A stretch of DNA of 64,000 bases. Source: Heptranchias perlo (taxonomy: Eukaryota). Every line of letters begins with the position of its first letter. The stretch's first letter is position 1. The notes under the pieces are model-generated. The model was not told where the DNA came from. It made no database searches and worked only from the letters and a program-made list of their open reading frames with translations. Below, piece by piece: positions 1-13,747 of the stretch. Made by a program: the position numbers and the translations under genes. The DNA lies in contig NC_090350.1 in assembly GCF_035084215.1 (NCBI RefSeq), forward strand, positions 27,466,001 through 27,530,000, in the 5' to 3' direction.

Positions 1-14
1 GACAATCAGCGTAC

Positions 15-145
15 CTTTGAGCGGAGTGATTCTGGAGACTCCAGCATGTGTAGCAGCTCAGAGTTGTCTATCTCCAGAAGCATTCCAGTGATCTTTCCAG
101 CAAGGGAAGGGTGCATACTCTGGATCAAGGGGAACAGGCGCTCAC
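15..145 (-). CDS. PABPC4: PABPC4 exon 13 (MLLE/PABC domain)
   Basis: tccag|[44 protein letters not shown]|gtacgc; 131 nt; KITGMLLE signature. Confidence 0.96.
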
Positions 146-372
146 CTGGAAAAGCAACAGAACAGGATTTAGAGCTTTCATTAAATTGAAGTCAACACTG
201 GGTAGAGAGGGGTGAATGAGCGGTTAGCAATCACTTTCCATATGCATTAACTAATCATGCATTTGTGATTTACAAATATACTATACATTTGGAAGTTCAA
301 AGTAATACTTGTTCATTCATTCAGTTTTTGCTCTGCCAATCAAGTGGCAGAGGTGCTTCAGGTTTCACTTAC

Positions 373-466
373 CCAGCATCTGCTTCTGTTCCTGAGGAGG
401 GGCTGCAGCAAGCATGGAGGCAGTCAGAGGTTCCTGTCCTTGTACAAGCACTGCAGACTGAGAGGG
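373..466 (-). CDS. PABPC4: PABPC4 exon 12 (MLLE start)
   Basis: tttag|[32 protein letters not shown]|gtaagt; 94 nt. An in-frame alternative AG lies 9 nt inside. Confidence 0.93.
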
Positions 467-1067
467 CTAAAAAAAACAGAAAAATCATGGTCACCAGTTA
501 GCCAAATTGTCTCTCTCTTCCACTTCCTGCCAGTACCATTCTATTACCAAAAGATAGACAAGCAACCAGAACCAGCTTCCATATTGCAACTCTTGGACCG
601 GTTACCAAGGGAATGTGCAAGAGTAACATGAGCAAACTCTTCCCCTCTCTCCAGTTTTCCTGACATTCTGGTTGCATCTGGTTTCTGCTTGAGACCTCTC
701 TCTGGATATGATGATTAAGCAAACATCTACCTCCTGAATATTAGCACATTTAGTTAACATTAATGATCATGTATTCTCCCTCATACATCTACAGATTATG
801 TAAATTCATAGCATTTATTGAATTAAATGTGCTCATGCTTCTATGTGAACTTATCAAGGCTATTGAAAAGGATGAAAGATTGATTCAATAACTATTTTGG
901 TAACTCTGGTTCTCAGTTAGTTAGCTAGCTAGTATATTGTATCAGTAACTAATATGCAAAACAGATTAGACGAGTCCAGTTTATAATCAGTACAGAATCA
1001 AGGATTGCATTCAATTAGGGTAATTCACTATCAATATATGAAGGGAAACTTAATGAACTTATTGTAC

Positions 1068-1207
1068 CTGCTGTACAGCCATTTGAGGTTGCACTACTGG
1101 TTGCTGCGGGTTGCGGACAGAGGGAGCATATTTGTACGGTGGAACGCCTCGTGGTGTTGGGCCAGCAATTCCAGGACGATGAGCCAGATTCTGAGCTGTA
1201 GATAACC
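1068..1207 (-). CDS. PABPC4: PABPC4 exon 11 (linker)
   Basis: ttcag|GLSTAQNLAHRPGIAGPTPRGVPPYKYAPSVRNPQQPVVQPQMAVQQ|gtacaa; 140 nt; conserved YKYA motif. Confidence 0.9.
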
Positions 1208-1556
1208 CTGAAACAAAGCCACAAGTTAGATTTCCCTGGAGTTAGACAAAAAGACCAGTGTCTATAATTATGGTGTGCCATTCTCTCCTTCTATAGGTAA
1301 GGATGGCAACTTCCACGCCAGGTAATGGGCACTCTGTTAGTAAAACCAAGCAACTATTGTCAGGTTTATAAAATGTTGGATTAGACAAAATGTGTGGTTA
1401 ATTCAGGATTCAGTAAATTTGGAAACTTTCTTCTCTTTACCAATTTTCATTAATGCACTCCTCAAACTGACACTGCAAATTATTTTACTCAGTTTGTCAG
1501 GATAATGGCAGATGCACTAATACTACAACATGCTTTGTAAATACATAAACTCTTAC

Positions 1557-1673
1557 CCATTCTCTGTGCTCCAGGAATACCCCGAGGACCCTGAGCATTG
1601 CCTGTTGGCGTTAGGTGACGCATAGAAGGCCTAGGACCTCCCTGACGAAGAGCATTTGGTATGGCTTGGAACC
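1557..1673 (-). CDS. PABPC4: PABPC4 exon 10 (linker)
   Basis: aacag|GFQAIPNALRQGGPRPSMRHLTPTGNAQGPRGIPGAQRM G|gtaaga; 117 nt, frame continuous. Confidence 0.9.
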
Positions 1674-2099
1674 CTGTTGAAACAAAGAACTGACAATGGA
1701 AGCAATCAAATCATCCTTTTTTTAAAAAAAGTATATACTTCAGGTTTCTGAGGCCCAGCACAGCACCATCTGGAACATGCACAAATGAGAAAGATTAGAG
1801 TTTAGACAAAAGTATCCGTGTTCTTTGCTGATTTTTTAAGTTAGTTATTTTGGTAGCAAATGAAAAATCTTCAATTACAGTTACATGCGCAGAGGTCTCA
1901 GAAATGACTACATCTCAGAATTTTGTTACCAATTGTATGTATAGATGGGTATTATTTTTCTTGCGTTGGACAAAAACAAAGAAACATAATAGCAGCAGAA
2001 TCAGGGAGGGAAGTGGATACCAGAACTGTGCCATGTTTGAGCTTGAACTGAGCTTCAAATCCAATGTCATATCTATCATTGCAACCGCTTAGTTCCACT

Positions 2100-2632
2100 T
2101 TTACAACAACGGCTGCCCCTGCCTTAACTCACTGCCACTGAAAACCTAATTCATGCTCATTCCCTCCAGACTCAACTTGTCCCTCCTGAGCTGTACCCTA
2201 CATAAATTCCAATGATGCAAAACTCCACTTCTCACATCCCGTCCTACACCAAGTTCTGCCTACCTATCACCCCTGTCCGCATCAAACTATGTCTCCCAAA
2301 TTATTTTCAAAACACTTGACCATTTTTACAAATCACCCTCAAACTTCTGCAATCTTCCAGCCTTTGCACTTCAGCCCTTAAGCTCTATACATCCCTCCCT
2401 CGATCTACTCCACCATCGGTGGCAGAACCCTCAGCCATATTGGCCCTACTCTCGAGAACTCCCAACCGAAACCTCTCCACGATGTTACTTCTCTACCCGC
2501 ATACAAAAGCATTCTCAAAACATATATGCATGATTTTGGTCATCTCTTCTACAATTGTTTGGCACTCATTTCTCTCTTTGAAGCACAGTGGGAGATTTAC
2601 TTTGTTAAAGGCACTGTATAGCTGCAACTTGT
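2100..2632 (+). mobile_element. Old L2 3' fragment
   Basis: Weak collinear similarity to 6740-7350; ends ttaaaggcactgtatagctgcaac. Confidence 0.5.
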
Positions 2633-3050
2633 GAATAAATGCTTAGATTATATTTTAAAATCTGTTGTGTGTTTAAAATGTTGAATTTGAAGGAATGTTT
2701 ATTTAATGAATGATTGGCTTATTACCCTAAAATCTGCAGGATTGTATCAGGATAAATTTATACCTCTGTCTTACACTAGAATTCAAAAGATCAATCGCAC
2801 TTGTGCACAAGTCACATATCCAGGTTTGCAAATCAAAAACCTACATGAACATGCAACAATATTGAAGACTGCATGGCACCACAGTCTGTTGCCTTCCCAG
2901 GACCAGATTACAATTCAACAACTAAATAAATCAGTGGTTAATGTGGATATTTTACTGAACATCAATAAATGTGGTGTTATATTTAGAAACATTTTACAAC
3001 TGCAAATTAGAGATACGTAATTGTAACACAAATAGTAGTCAAGAACTCAG

Positions 3051-3815
3051 TTTTTTTTTAAATTCGTTCATGGGAAGTGGGCGTCACTGGCAAGGCCAGC
3101 ATTTATTGCCCATCCCTAATTGCCCTTGAGAAGGTGGTGGTGCCTTCTTGAACCACTGCAGTCTGTGTGGTGAAGGTTCTCCCACAGTGCAGTTAGGTAG
3201 GGAGTTCCAGGATTTGGACCCAGCGGCGATGAAGGAACGGTGATATATTTCCAAGTCGGGATGGTGTGTGACTTGGAGGGGAACGTGCAGGTGGTGTTGT
3301 TCCCATGTGCCTGCTGCCCTTGTCCTTCTAGGTGGTAGAGGTCGTGGGTTTGGAAGGTGCTGTTGAAGAAGCCTTGGCGAGTTGCTGCAGTGCATCCTGT
3401 GGATGGTACACACTGCAGCCACAGTGTGCCGGTGGTGAAGGGAGTGAACTTTTAGGGTGGTGGATGGGGTGCCAATCAAGTGGGTTGCTTTGTCCTGGAT
3501 GGTGTCGAGCTTCTTGAGTGTTGTTGGAGTTGCATCATCCAGGCAAGTGGAGAGTATTCCATCACACTCCTGACTTGTGCCTTGTCGATGGTGGAAAGGC
3601 TTTGGGGAGTCAGAAGGTTGGTCACTCACCGCAGGATACCCAGCTTCTGGCCTGCTCTTTTAGCCACAGTATTTATATGGCTGTTCCAGTTAAGTTTCTG
3701 GTCAATGGTGACCCCCAGGATGTTGATGGTGGGGGATTCGGCGATGGTAATGGCGTTGAATGTCATGGGGAGGTGGTTAGACTCTCTCTTGTTGGAGATG
3801 GTCATTGCCTGGCAC
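3051..3815 (-). mobile_element. 5'-truncated LINE, same family as 11400-12384
   Basis: Near-identical sequence with frameshifts; A tail at 3051-3059. Confidence 0.9.
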
Positions 3816-4491
3816 ATACCAGTAACTGAAATCAGCATTTGAATTAATTGGGAATAATATGAATTCATTTTCCCTTCCCACCTACTCCAGGTTTGATTAT
3901 CTCCAGGGGAGACTTATGGGGTAACTGCTTCAAATACTCCAGTGCCCAAGACCAATAGGGTGGCTGGGCATGCTGGTATCTTCCAAAACAAGTCGTTGCT
4001 ACCTACCACATTAGTTGTAGGCTACCAGTTCCCATTTCTCAACGAACACGTTGAACAGCTGTCGGAAGTTGGGCCAGAAAATACCTTCCTCCACTTGCTC
4101 CCCACTCTAAAATGCCTAACTTAGAAAATCTCAGGAATGGAGGGGGGAGACTAACTCAGATCAACTAAGGGATCAAACTTGTGACTTCCCTGATCCATAA
4201 GCATCAGTACCACACCAAGTGGTGCATTTAACTCACTGAAGCATTGACGAAATCTCTGCTTTAACATTAATAATGCCGAAAAACAATGTTTCTTACAACT
4301 TAGCGGTTGTGAGCAAGTCTATTTAAAAAGAAGTTCAAGTCTGACAGAAGGAAAAAACCTTCAGTGAAAAACATTCCCTTCAGTCCCTGGAATTTAATGA
4401 ATATGTAACATTCAATGTCCTTTTCATATACAAAATGCCTCATAAATATCAAGCAAGTAATCAAGACAACTACCACTGCTGTAAAGCTTAC

Positions 4492-4582
4492 CTTGGGGCC
4501 TGGTTTGTTGCTGTTGCCAACGTGGACTGGGTCTCATCTGAGCCATCTGATTTGGTGCATAATAGGTAGCTCTGCTTTGTGC
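4492..4582 (-). CDS. PABPC4: PABPC4 exon 9 (linker)
   Basis: tctag|AQSRATYYAPNQMAQMRPSPRWQQQQTRPQ G|gtaagc; 91 nt. Confidence 0.92.
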
Positions 4583-5481
4583 CTAGAATAAAACCAGAAC
4601 CCACTTAATCCTTTCAGCAATACATTTCTTTTGCAGCTTGCAACCACTAGAAAATTTTAAAAATAATTACTTTAACAGGAAATAAATCCCAGAGTTGTGT
4701 TGTTCATTCATTTCTCTCCATTTTAATTACTGCGTACATTTTTCAACAGCTGCTTATTCCCTTGATCAGCACACCCTGTTGTCATTTGTTTCGCTAACTT
4801 GGTCGCATAAACTTTTCTCCTGGTAACTATGGGTCAATTTACTCACTGCAGGCTTAGTTCCAATATAATTTGACTGGTGCAGTGCCAAAAGCAGAATATA
4901 AAAATCATACCACTATGCAAAAATACTCCTCCTCAGAAGGCATAAAATATGGAAAGTTTGAATTATACTCTAGGTATGAAAATGATTCTACAATACAGGC
5001 TACATGCACAAACTAGTTCTGCAGTTGCACTGTATATATCGATAATGATTCTGGGGGGAAAAAGTGCTTAACCAAATATAGGTTACTGTGACCAGAGGCA
5101 TTATGAATGTTTCACAGCTGTTCCAAGATTTCACAAGGACCTCCCTTAGATTGGTCCAAATCAAATGTGTTTTGCATCAGCTTGTATGTAGTTGTATCTC
5201 ATCCTATCAGGCTCTGTTTCTATCCCAAAAAACAAAGTCAATACTCTCTCTACTCATTTCCTCCAGGGAAAAACTTCCTAGTATCAAATTCACATGTAAA
5301 GACAGATTTTATACTCAACACTTTCTGCACATTCAAACTAAGCCCCAGGTGCATTGCAGACATCGAGCAGCTAAATTCAAGCTGATTCAGGTAACCTTTT
5401 CTAGAATATCTGCCAAACAGTTGATTTGAAGGATCAGAAAAATGAAAGACTTTTGGGAATGAAAGACCTTTTGAAGCCAAA

Positions 5482-7350
5482 TTCCCCCTGCCTTAGCCCG
5501 AAACTCGTATAGTTTCTCTCGTATCTCCCTTCATGTCCTCTCCGAGTTCATCTTGTCCACGAGACCCACCTCCTGCTCTATCGACCCGATTCCCACTGCT
5601 GACCACCCAACTTCCCTTCCTGGCCCCTATACTAGCTGATATTGTAAATGGTTCCCTCTCCTCTGATACTGTCCCCCTCACTTTCAAATCTGCTGTATTC
5701 ACACCCCTCCTCAAAAAACCCATCCTTGACCCTCTGTCTTTGCAAACTACTGGCCTATTTCGAACCTCCCTTTCGTTTCCAAAGTCCTTGAACGTGTTGT
5801 CGCCTCCCAAATCCGTGCCGATCTTTCCCGCAACTCCAAGTTTGAACCTCTCCAAATCAGATTTCCTCCCCTACCACAGCACTGAAACGGCCCTTATCAA
5901 TGTCACAAATGACATCCTATGTGAGTGTGACTGTGATGCACCTATCCCTCCTCATCCTTCTCAACCTGTCTGTAGCCTTTGACATGGCTAACCACGCCAT
6001 CCTCCTCCAACGCCTCTCCTCCGTTGACCAGGTGAGTGGAACTGCCCTCTCCTGGTTCCATTCTTATCTATCGAGTCGTTGCCAGAGAATCTCCGGCAAT
6101 GGCTTCTCTTCCTGCTCCCACACCGTTACCTCTGGAGTCCCCCGAGGAACTATCCTTGGCCTCCTCCTATTTCTCATCTACATGCTGCCCCTCAGCGACA
6201 TCATCCGAAAACACGTCTGATTTTACATGTACGCTGATGACACCCAGCTCTACCTCACCTCCACCTCTCTTGACCCCTCCGCTGACTCTGACTTGTCTCA
6301 CTGCTTGTTCGACATTCAGTAATTAAATAATGGGAAAACTGAAGCCATTGACCCCAATATATACAGGGTGGCGCGGGGAGCGTGGAGGTCCTGCCGATCT
6401 TAATGGCAGGACCTCATTAACATTTTTAAGGTCGGTCTCCCGTCTGGCATTTGGCCGGCGGTGGATGGGAGGGAGGGAACATCAGCAGCAGGAGGCCGCA
6501 GCCAGGTAAGCTTGGGAATGATCCCCGTCAACAGGCAGGGGGAGGTCAGCGATCAGGAGGGCTGGGGGGAGGTCGGCGAACGGGAAGTCCCCATTACCTC
6601 GTCGCCGATTCCATCCCCCTCCCTGGCCGCTGTCTACGAGGTTGAACTAGGCGGTTTGCAACCTTGGCATCCTATTTGACCCTAAGCTGAGCTTCCAACC
6701 TCACATCCTCTCCACCACCAAGACTGTCGACTTCGTAAAATCGTTCGTCTATGCCCGTGCCTCAGACCATCTGCTACTGAAATCCTCATCCATGCTTTTG
6801 TACCTCCAGACCCAACTATTTCAATGCTACATGGCCGGCCTTCCATCTTCCACCTTCCATAAACTTGAGCTCATCCAAAACTCTGCTGCCCATATCCAAA
6901 CTCGCACCAAGTCCCGTTCACCCATCACCCCTGTGCTCGCCGACCTACACTGGCTCCGGGTCCACCAACACCTCGAAGTTAAAATGCTCATCCTTGTGTT
7001 CAAATCCTGCCATGGCCTCGCCCCTCCCTATCTCTGTAGCCTACTACAATCCTCCGAGAACTCTGCATTACCCCAATTCTGGCCTGTCGTGCTTCCCCAA
7101 TTTCCTTCACCCCACCATTGGGGGCCATGCCTTCAGGTGTCTAGGTCCTAAGCTGTGGAATTCCCTCCCTAAACCTTTCTGCCTCTCTCTCCCCCTTTAA
7201 GACGTTCCTTAAAACCCACCTCTTTGACCAAGTCTTTGGACCTAATAACTCCTTGCGTGGCTCTGTGTCAAATTTTGGCTGGTGAGACTCCTGTGAAGCT
7301 ACGTTGGACATTTCACTACATTAAAGGCACTATATAAATGCAAGTTGCTT
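5482..7350 (+). mobile_element. Decayed L2 LINE (RT and 3' end) with a GC-rich insert at about 6351-6592
   Basis: HSTETAL, AFD, GVPRGTILG, HMYADDTQLY, IQNSAA and LHWL remnants; L2-type tail ttaaaggcactatataaatgcaag. Confidence 0.85.
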
Positions 7351-8150
7351 TTGTTATATTTACGTACATAATAACGACTATACTTCAAATAAAAAACATT
7401 GGCTGCAAAGTGCTTTGAGACTACCTATGTGATAAGGTGTTATATAAATCCAAATTATTTCTATATGAAATCCAAAAAACATTCAATACTATGCCTTCAT
7501 TAAACATTGACTTTATGGCTACTGTGAATTAAGACAATGTACATGTATGGACCATGGTAAACAGCCTAAAATGTGGGTCCCCTGGTGGCCATGTGAGTAA
7601 ATACATGACATGGGGGGTGATACTAAGCATTACAGACTCAGGAACGTCTCGAGCTTGATGCACGGCCTTTAGCAGGTTAGTGGATCTCAGCCACCGCAAG
7701 GGTGAAGACCAGAGATACTGGAAAACTGCACCCATGGAGCTATAGCCAAGCATGAGTCGCAGCCTTCAAGAAAAAAAAACATCCTAAAATCATTCTGTAA
7801 AAATAATGATGTCTATTGCAAAGTTGTAGAGAAAAGCCTCAATTTAGAAGAGACTCATCTGGATTTACTCAGCATTGCTTTGGCACATCAGCACTCCCAG
7901 CTTCTGCACTACACAATCAGAACTGGTTATAGGAACTAGGTGCTACATTACATATAGACTTATAAATGGACGAAGCCACTTAACAGAAAGTTTGCTATGT
8001 GCACAAACCTTTCCTATTTCTATGGCGGTACTATAGTTAAATGTGTTTTTCCTAAGCTGCAGTCCATCACCATAGTGTCAAGTAAATTGCCTCCTCTTGT
8101 ACTATTTGTTAAATGTGTAACTGTCAGCTGACTAATATTTCCTCTATTTG
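7322..8150 (+). repeat. Intragenic duplicated block, copy 1 (intron 8)
   Basis: Collinear with 20470-21395 along its whole length. Confidence 0.85.
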
Positions 8151-8454
8151 TATACCTGACCTAATAGCTCCTTATGTGGCTCGGTGTCAAATTTTGTCTG
8201 ATAACGCTCCTGTAAAGCACCTTGGAATATTTTACTATGTTAAAGATGCTATTTAAATGCATGTAGTTGTTGTTGGTGGTGGTATAGCCTAAATGTGGCA
8301 ATAAAGATACAAACCACAAAACATTTGACCTGAACTCATATCAAACCCCATCTGTAGTAATTCAATACTATTAAGAAGAAACATTTAGGAAAATTATATT
8401 CTAAATTTACAAAATCCATCCTGAAAACACTTGCAGTGTTAATCTGAGCTCATT

Positions 8455-8882
8455 GATGACACTTTTACCTTTGAGTCAGAAGGTCAGAGGTTCAAACACT
8501 ACTCGAGAGAGTTGGGCACATAATCTAGCCAGACAATTCAATGCCGCACTAAGGGAGCGCTGTCTTTCAGATGAGACGTTAAATCAAGGTCCAGTCTGCC
8601 TGTTCAGGTGGATGTAAAAGATCCTATGACACTATTTGAAGAAGAGCTGGGGAATTTTCCTGGTGCCCTGGCCAACATTAATCCCTCAATCAACACTTCC
8701 AAAAACAGACTGACTGGTCTTTCATTTCATTGCTGTTTGCGAGACCTTGCTGTGCAAAGGTTAGCTGCCACATTTGCTGACAAAACAACAGCGACTAAAC
8801 TTCAAGTAATACATTGTCTGTAAAGCACTTTGGGACATCCAAAGGATGTGACAGGGGCTCAATACATGCAAGTTCTTTCTTC
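8455..8882 (+). mobile_element. tRNA-derived SINE with L2-like tail (related copies at 14620-14925 and 22830-23760)
   Basis: tgagtcagaagg...ggttcaa B-box head, shared body, tail gtaaagcactttgggacatcc...tgcaagttctttct. Confidence 0.7.
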
Positions 8883-10021
8883 CTTAAATAACTGAACATA
8901 TCTAAATTCATGGCCTCAGTGTACATGGGATTTAAAGACAAAATCTTGCCATCCAGATCCCTTCAAAAATAAAGCTAGCTACCCCAGTGGATAAAGGGAG
9001 CGCTGAGCATAGTAGAAAGCCAGAGATTGGAAGGTCCCAGGGTTAATTCCCAAACTGCACTAAGTTAGCTGATCCAAACCAGGCCGTAGTTTGGGTGCTA
9101 CAATTAGTCTCAGAGCCCCCAACCTCGACCAGGTGGGGGTGGGGAGAGAGTGTAGTCAGTCAGGGTTCCTGCACCTGATCATTATCCAGCGACTCCTGTT
9201 AGAAAGTACATGTTTGTGGCTCTCTGGTCATAGCAGATCTGGTTCTGCTGTGATGTCCCCCCTTCCTACGTAGCCTGCCAATATTTGTCCAGGGCAGCTA
9301 CCAGAGGACTTATGGTGCCTGGAGAACCATACTCCAGCAAGTTTTAATGCCTTAAGGAAAGGAGAGGAAAGAAAATTTGAGAGAAAAAAAAAACACGCGA
9401 CAACACATAAGTAAAGTACAGGGAAACACAGAGGCATGGGAACACCAAAGAATAGTATGATGAGGTGTTAGGAATCATGTTCAAGCCCTGCTCCTTTAAG
9501 CTGTCTAGGAAGGAGGAGTCTCTGTGTGAGAGATGCAAAATGACATGAGGCCATCCCACCAGGCTGCTGTTACTGGCAGCTGGTCAACAGTGGTATTACT
9601 GAGTCTAAAATATAAAAAGCAACTAGCACAAGGCTCATGAAAGCCTAAGCTGAAGACAAAACTCAAAAAAATTACAAGAAGGGCTACTTGCCTTTAAAAC
9701 CTGCAGGACTTCCACCAGCATGTCCGCCCATGGCCTCCTACCCACCAGGTTTCACTGGGTGTGGTGAGGGCTCTGTCCAGCATGCCTATGTGCTGGAAAA
9801 TGGTATGGCATTCTTCCCCGCCTCCTTTTGCGTATGCTAAAGAAGCTCTTGCCTGCTTTGAGTGGGAGCTTCAGACGCCCATCCTAGGCCTGATCGAAAT
9901 ATACAGTGGGGCCCAAAACCAGCAAGAACCTAGCAGGACTAATTTCTACCAGATTTCCCAACCTGTACTGCCCTGTTTAGCTCCCTATCTGGGGTGTTAA
10001 GGCTTCGAAAATTTGCGCTCA

Positions 10022-10330
<309 letters not shown>

Positions 10331-11399
10331 TTAAATCAAAGTTGCAGCAATATTTAAAGCTTGCAATAAAAAAGATACTGTGGTAGGACACAGGTTTGCA
10401 ACGACAGTTCCCAACACTCAGAGTTTCTAATCTTAGCTACATAGTTGTGGGTAGGAACCAAGTACAAGGAAAGTCATGACCCAAATTTATAATCTTAGCT
10501 ATACAGTTGAGGGAAGGAACAGAGTCATGAACTAAGGTTCATCATACACTATCCTTGTGGCCTATTCTCGTGCATGGTAGAGGTTTATGAGCAAACCACC
10601 TACTCATATTCTGGGTTAGGTGAGTTAAGGAGGAGTATGGAAACTTGAAAGAGAAAATTTGGAAAGGCATTTGGTATTGACATTTTAATTTCACAGTTAT
10701 TTAAATCTACAAATACAACAAATCATCCCACCTTTCGAGAACATAATTATTTTGGGACCATACACAAAATATTCTATCAGAATTCTCTCATTTTCCTCCA
10801 TCCTTCAAAAAAGACTGGCTTGCCATAGTATTAATCAAACACTTTAAAAGACAGTAACATTTATTCTATCCCAAAGATATGCTCTTCCTTTTCCCCCCTC
10901 CCCGTATATATTATTTTAGAAACTAAAATATTAAAGAACTCAGCCTTTTATGGAGTCTTCTCTCCCAAAAGATTTCAGTATTGGGCTGCTTCATAGAGTA
11001 GTTATGACTTTCTAACAAGGAATCAGATTGCATTTCCAGATAAACAGTCTAAATGATATTAGACAGGTAACAATCTGTTAAAAACTGTCCATTTGTAGCT
11101 GAGAACTGGGTTAAAATCCATCTCAGTTAGCAGATGATCATCTCCTCTCACCCAAATAGCTGCTGAGTGTTCCATATACTAACTGAAGTTGGTCCATTGC
11201 AATCCACTTAAAAGTTGGATGCACGCTCACAGGAAAAACTAAATTTCGACAGTTATCTGGCAAATATCAATAATCATTCTCAGAATTACAATCTAAGCTG
11301 GCTCCCTTAATGGCTCAGCTGGTTAAATGGCAATGAGTAGCTGAACCATACAGACCAGAGAGGTCCAGCTTTGTTCCCTAGATTATGCTGAGCTAAATG

Positions 11400-12384
11400 A
11401 TTTTTTTTTATTATTCGTTCATGGGATGTGGGCGTCGCTGGCGAGGCCAGCATTTATTGCCCATCCCTAATTGCCCTTGAGATGGTGGTGGTGAGCCGCC
11501 TTCTTGAACCGCTGCAGTCCATGTGGTGACGGTTCTCTCACAGTGCTGTTCGGAAGGGAGTTCCAGGATTTTGACCCAGCGACGATGAAGGAACAGCGAT
11601 ATATTTCCAAGTCGGGATGGTGTGTGACTTGGAGGGGAATGTGCAGGTGGTGTTGTTCCCATGTGCCTGCTGCTCTTGTCCTTCTAGGTGGTAGAGGTCG
11701 CGGGTTTGGGAGGTGCTGTCGAAGAAGCCTTGGCAAGTTGCTGCAGTGCATCCTGTGGATGGTACACACTGCAGCCACTGTGCGCCGGTGGTGAAGGGAG
11801 TGAATATTTAGGGTGGTGGATGGGGTGCCAATCAAGCGGGCTGCTTTATCTTGGATGGTGTCGAGCTTCTTGAGTGTTGTTGGAGCTGCACCCATCCAGG
11901 CAAGTGGAGAGTATTCCATCACACTCCTGACTTGTGCCTTGTAGATGGTGGAAAGGCTTTGGGGAGTCAGGAGGTGAGTCACTCGCCACAGAATACCCAG
12001 CCTCTGACCTGCTCTCGTAGCCACAGTATTTATATGGCTGGTCCAGTTCAGTTTCTGGTCAATGGTGACCCCCTGGACGTTGATGGTGGGGGATTCGGCG
12101 ATGGTAATGCCGTTGAATGTCAAGGGAAGGTGGTTAGACTCTCTCTTGTTGCAGATGGTCATTGCCTGGCACTTATCTGGCGCGAATGTTACTTGCCACT
12201 TATGAGCCCAAGCCTGGATGTTGTCCAGGTCTTGCTGCATGCGGGCTCGGACTGCTTCGTTATTTGAGGGGTTGCGAATGGAACTGAACACTGTGCAATC
12301 ATCAGCGAACATCCCCATTTCTGACCTTATGATGGAGGGAAGGTCATTGATGAAGCAGCTGAAGATGGTTGGGCCTAGGACACT
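11400..12384 (-). mobile_element. 5'-truncated CR1-group LINE (RT C-terminal half)
   Basis: SVLGPTIFSCFINDLP...MFADDCTV...YKAQVRSVMEYSPLAW open over about 300 codons; A-rich tail at 11400-11413; inserted inside an older SINE. Confidence 0.9.
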
Positions 12385-12915
12385 GCATAGCAAGGGCAGA
12401 GCTACTATTGGCATAAAGTCTCAGAACAGGATTCCTGTTGCTGATCACTATCCAGCGATTCCCTTCAGCAAGGAGTCAAACTCTTCATAAAAAGAGTGGA
12501 AAAAAATGTCAAAAAGAAAAATATTGAAGCCAATGCCTTCAGTTTTACTGGATTTGAAGATTATTAATAAGTCAAATTGTCCAATGGACATTGCAACACT
12601 CTGGCAAGAACCTGGATTCAAACTGGTCTGCAACAACCACTGATCACTCGTGACATTTTCACACCCTTTAATAAAAGGATAAATGCCAAGCTGGATCAGA
12701 ACAATGTGCTTTACTGGAGTTTAGTCAAGTTTGGACCTCAATTGCTGCAACTTAAAACTTCTCAATTAATGCATAACAATGCTAGATTACATTCAGTATT
12801 AAAAGAGTTCACATTAATTGAACATTTCACTGACATGGCCAGAACTGATCTTAACCTTATTACTGACAAGCTTTCCTCTTGCAAAAATGATATGGAACTG
12901 GCACAAAACACCTAC

Positions 12916-12946
12916 CTTAGATCAGATATGGCCAGCCTTCAAAGGT
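12916..12946 (-). other. Candidate 31-nt poison cassette exon in PABPC4 intron 7
   Basis: tttatttttctggttctag|ACC TTT GAA GGC TGG CCA TAT CTG ATC TAA G|gtaggt; stop in frame after exon 7 (phase 0). No transcript evidence. Confidence 0.45.
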
Positions 12947-13561
12947 CTAGAACCAGAAAAATAAACTGTACACTGGCGAAAGAGCCACAAAAGTTTTAAA
13001 TATAGTATCCTAGTATGTTCACTGGCATGCTCTCTCTTCCTGCCTCTATCACTCATTCTCCCCATTTTTCCATTCCCTTTCCCCTCACCTCTTCCATTCC
13101 CTTTCTCTCAGTAGCTTAAAACCTAACCTATACTATCCGCCTTGTTTTTCTAATGCAGAGGCCACTATAACACGGATAGGAAACAGTCACTTTGTTTGAC
13201 TCTGAACCAGTTTAATGCGTAAGAGCTGGACGTGTATGGCAGGCCTTGTGCTGGATATGATGCCACATTCAGGTTAAAGTTAATTAGTTTGCATTGCGAT
13301 TCATTCAGAGTATATTGATTAGCTGGATCAGAACAGAAAGAAGGTGATTAATTGAATCCTTTATGTTATTCTCTATCTTTTATATCAAGATTTGAGTGTG
13401 AAATGGGTGCGAAAGGAAGCATTCAAAGAGTCACACAAAATGGCTTAATAGATCCCTGTTGGCTACCCATGCTTCAAAAACTGCTCAGAACAGCTCATTA
13501 AGGGAGACTGACCTTTCATGAAATTCTGGATAGTGCACTATTTTTTTTGAAGTGAAGCTTA

Positions 13562-13747
<186 letters not shown>

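Noticed and set aside
1208-1342. Upstream alternative acceptor extending PABPC4 exon 11 (ECPLPG...)
   Set aside because: The frame hits TAA before reaching exon 11 and there is no other support.
8455-8500. tRNA-like A/B-box sequences (also near 14620, 22830, 44855) as tRNA genes
   Set aside because: They are SINE heads without a full cloverleaf, followed by shared SINE bodies.
10428-10532. Imperfect two-copy tandem repeat near exon 8
   Set aside because: Short, diverged, with no functional motif evident.
12577-12999. 140-aa plus-strand ORF in PABPC4 intron 7
   Set aside because: Non-ATG start, no recognisable domain, antisense to the host gene; likely chance.
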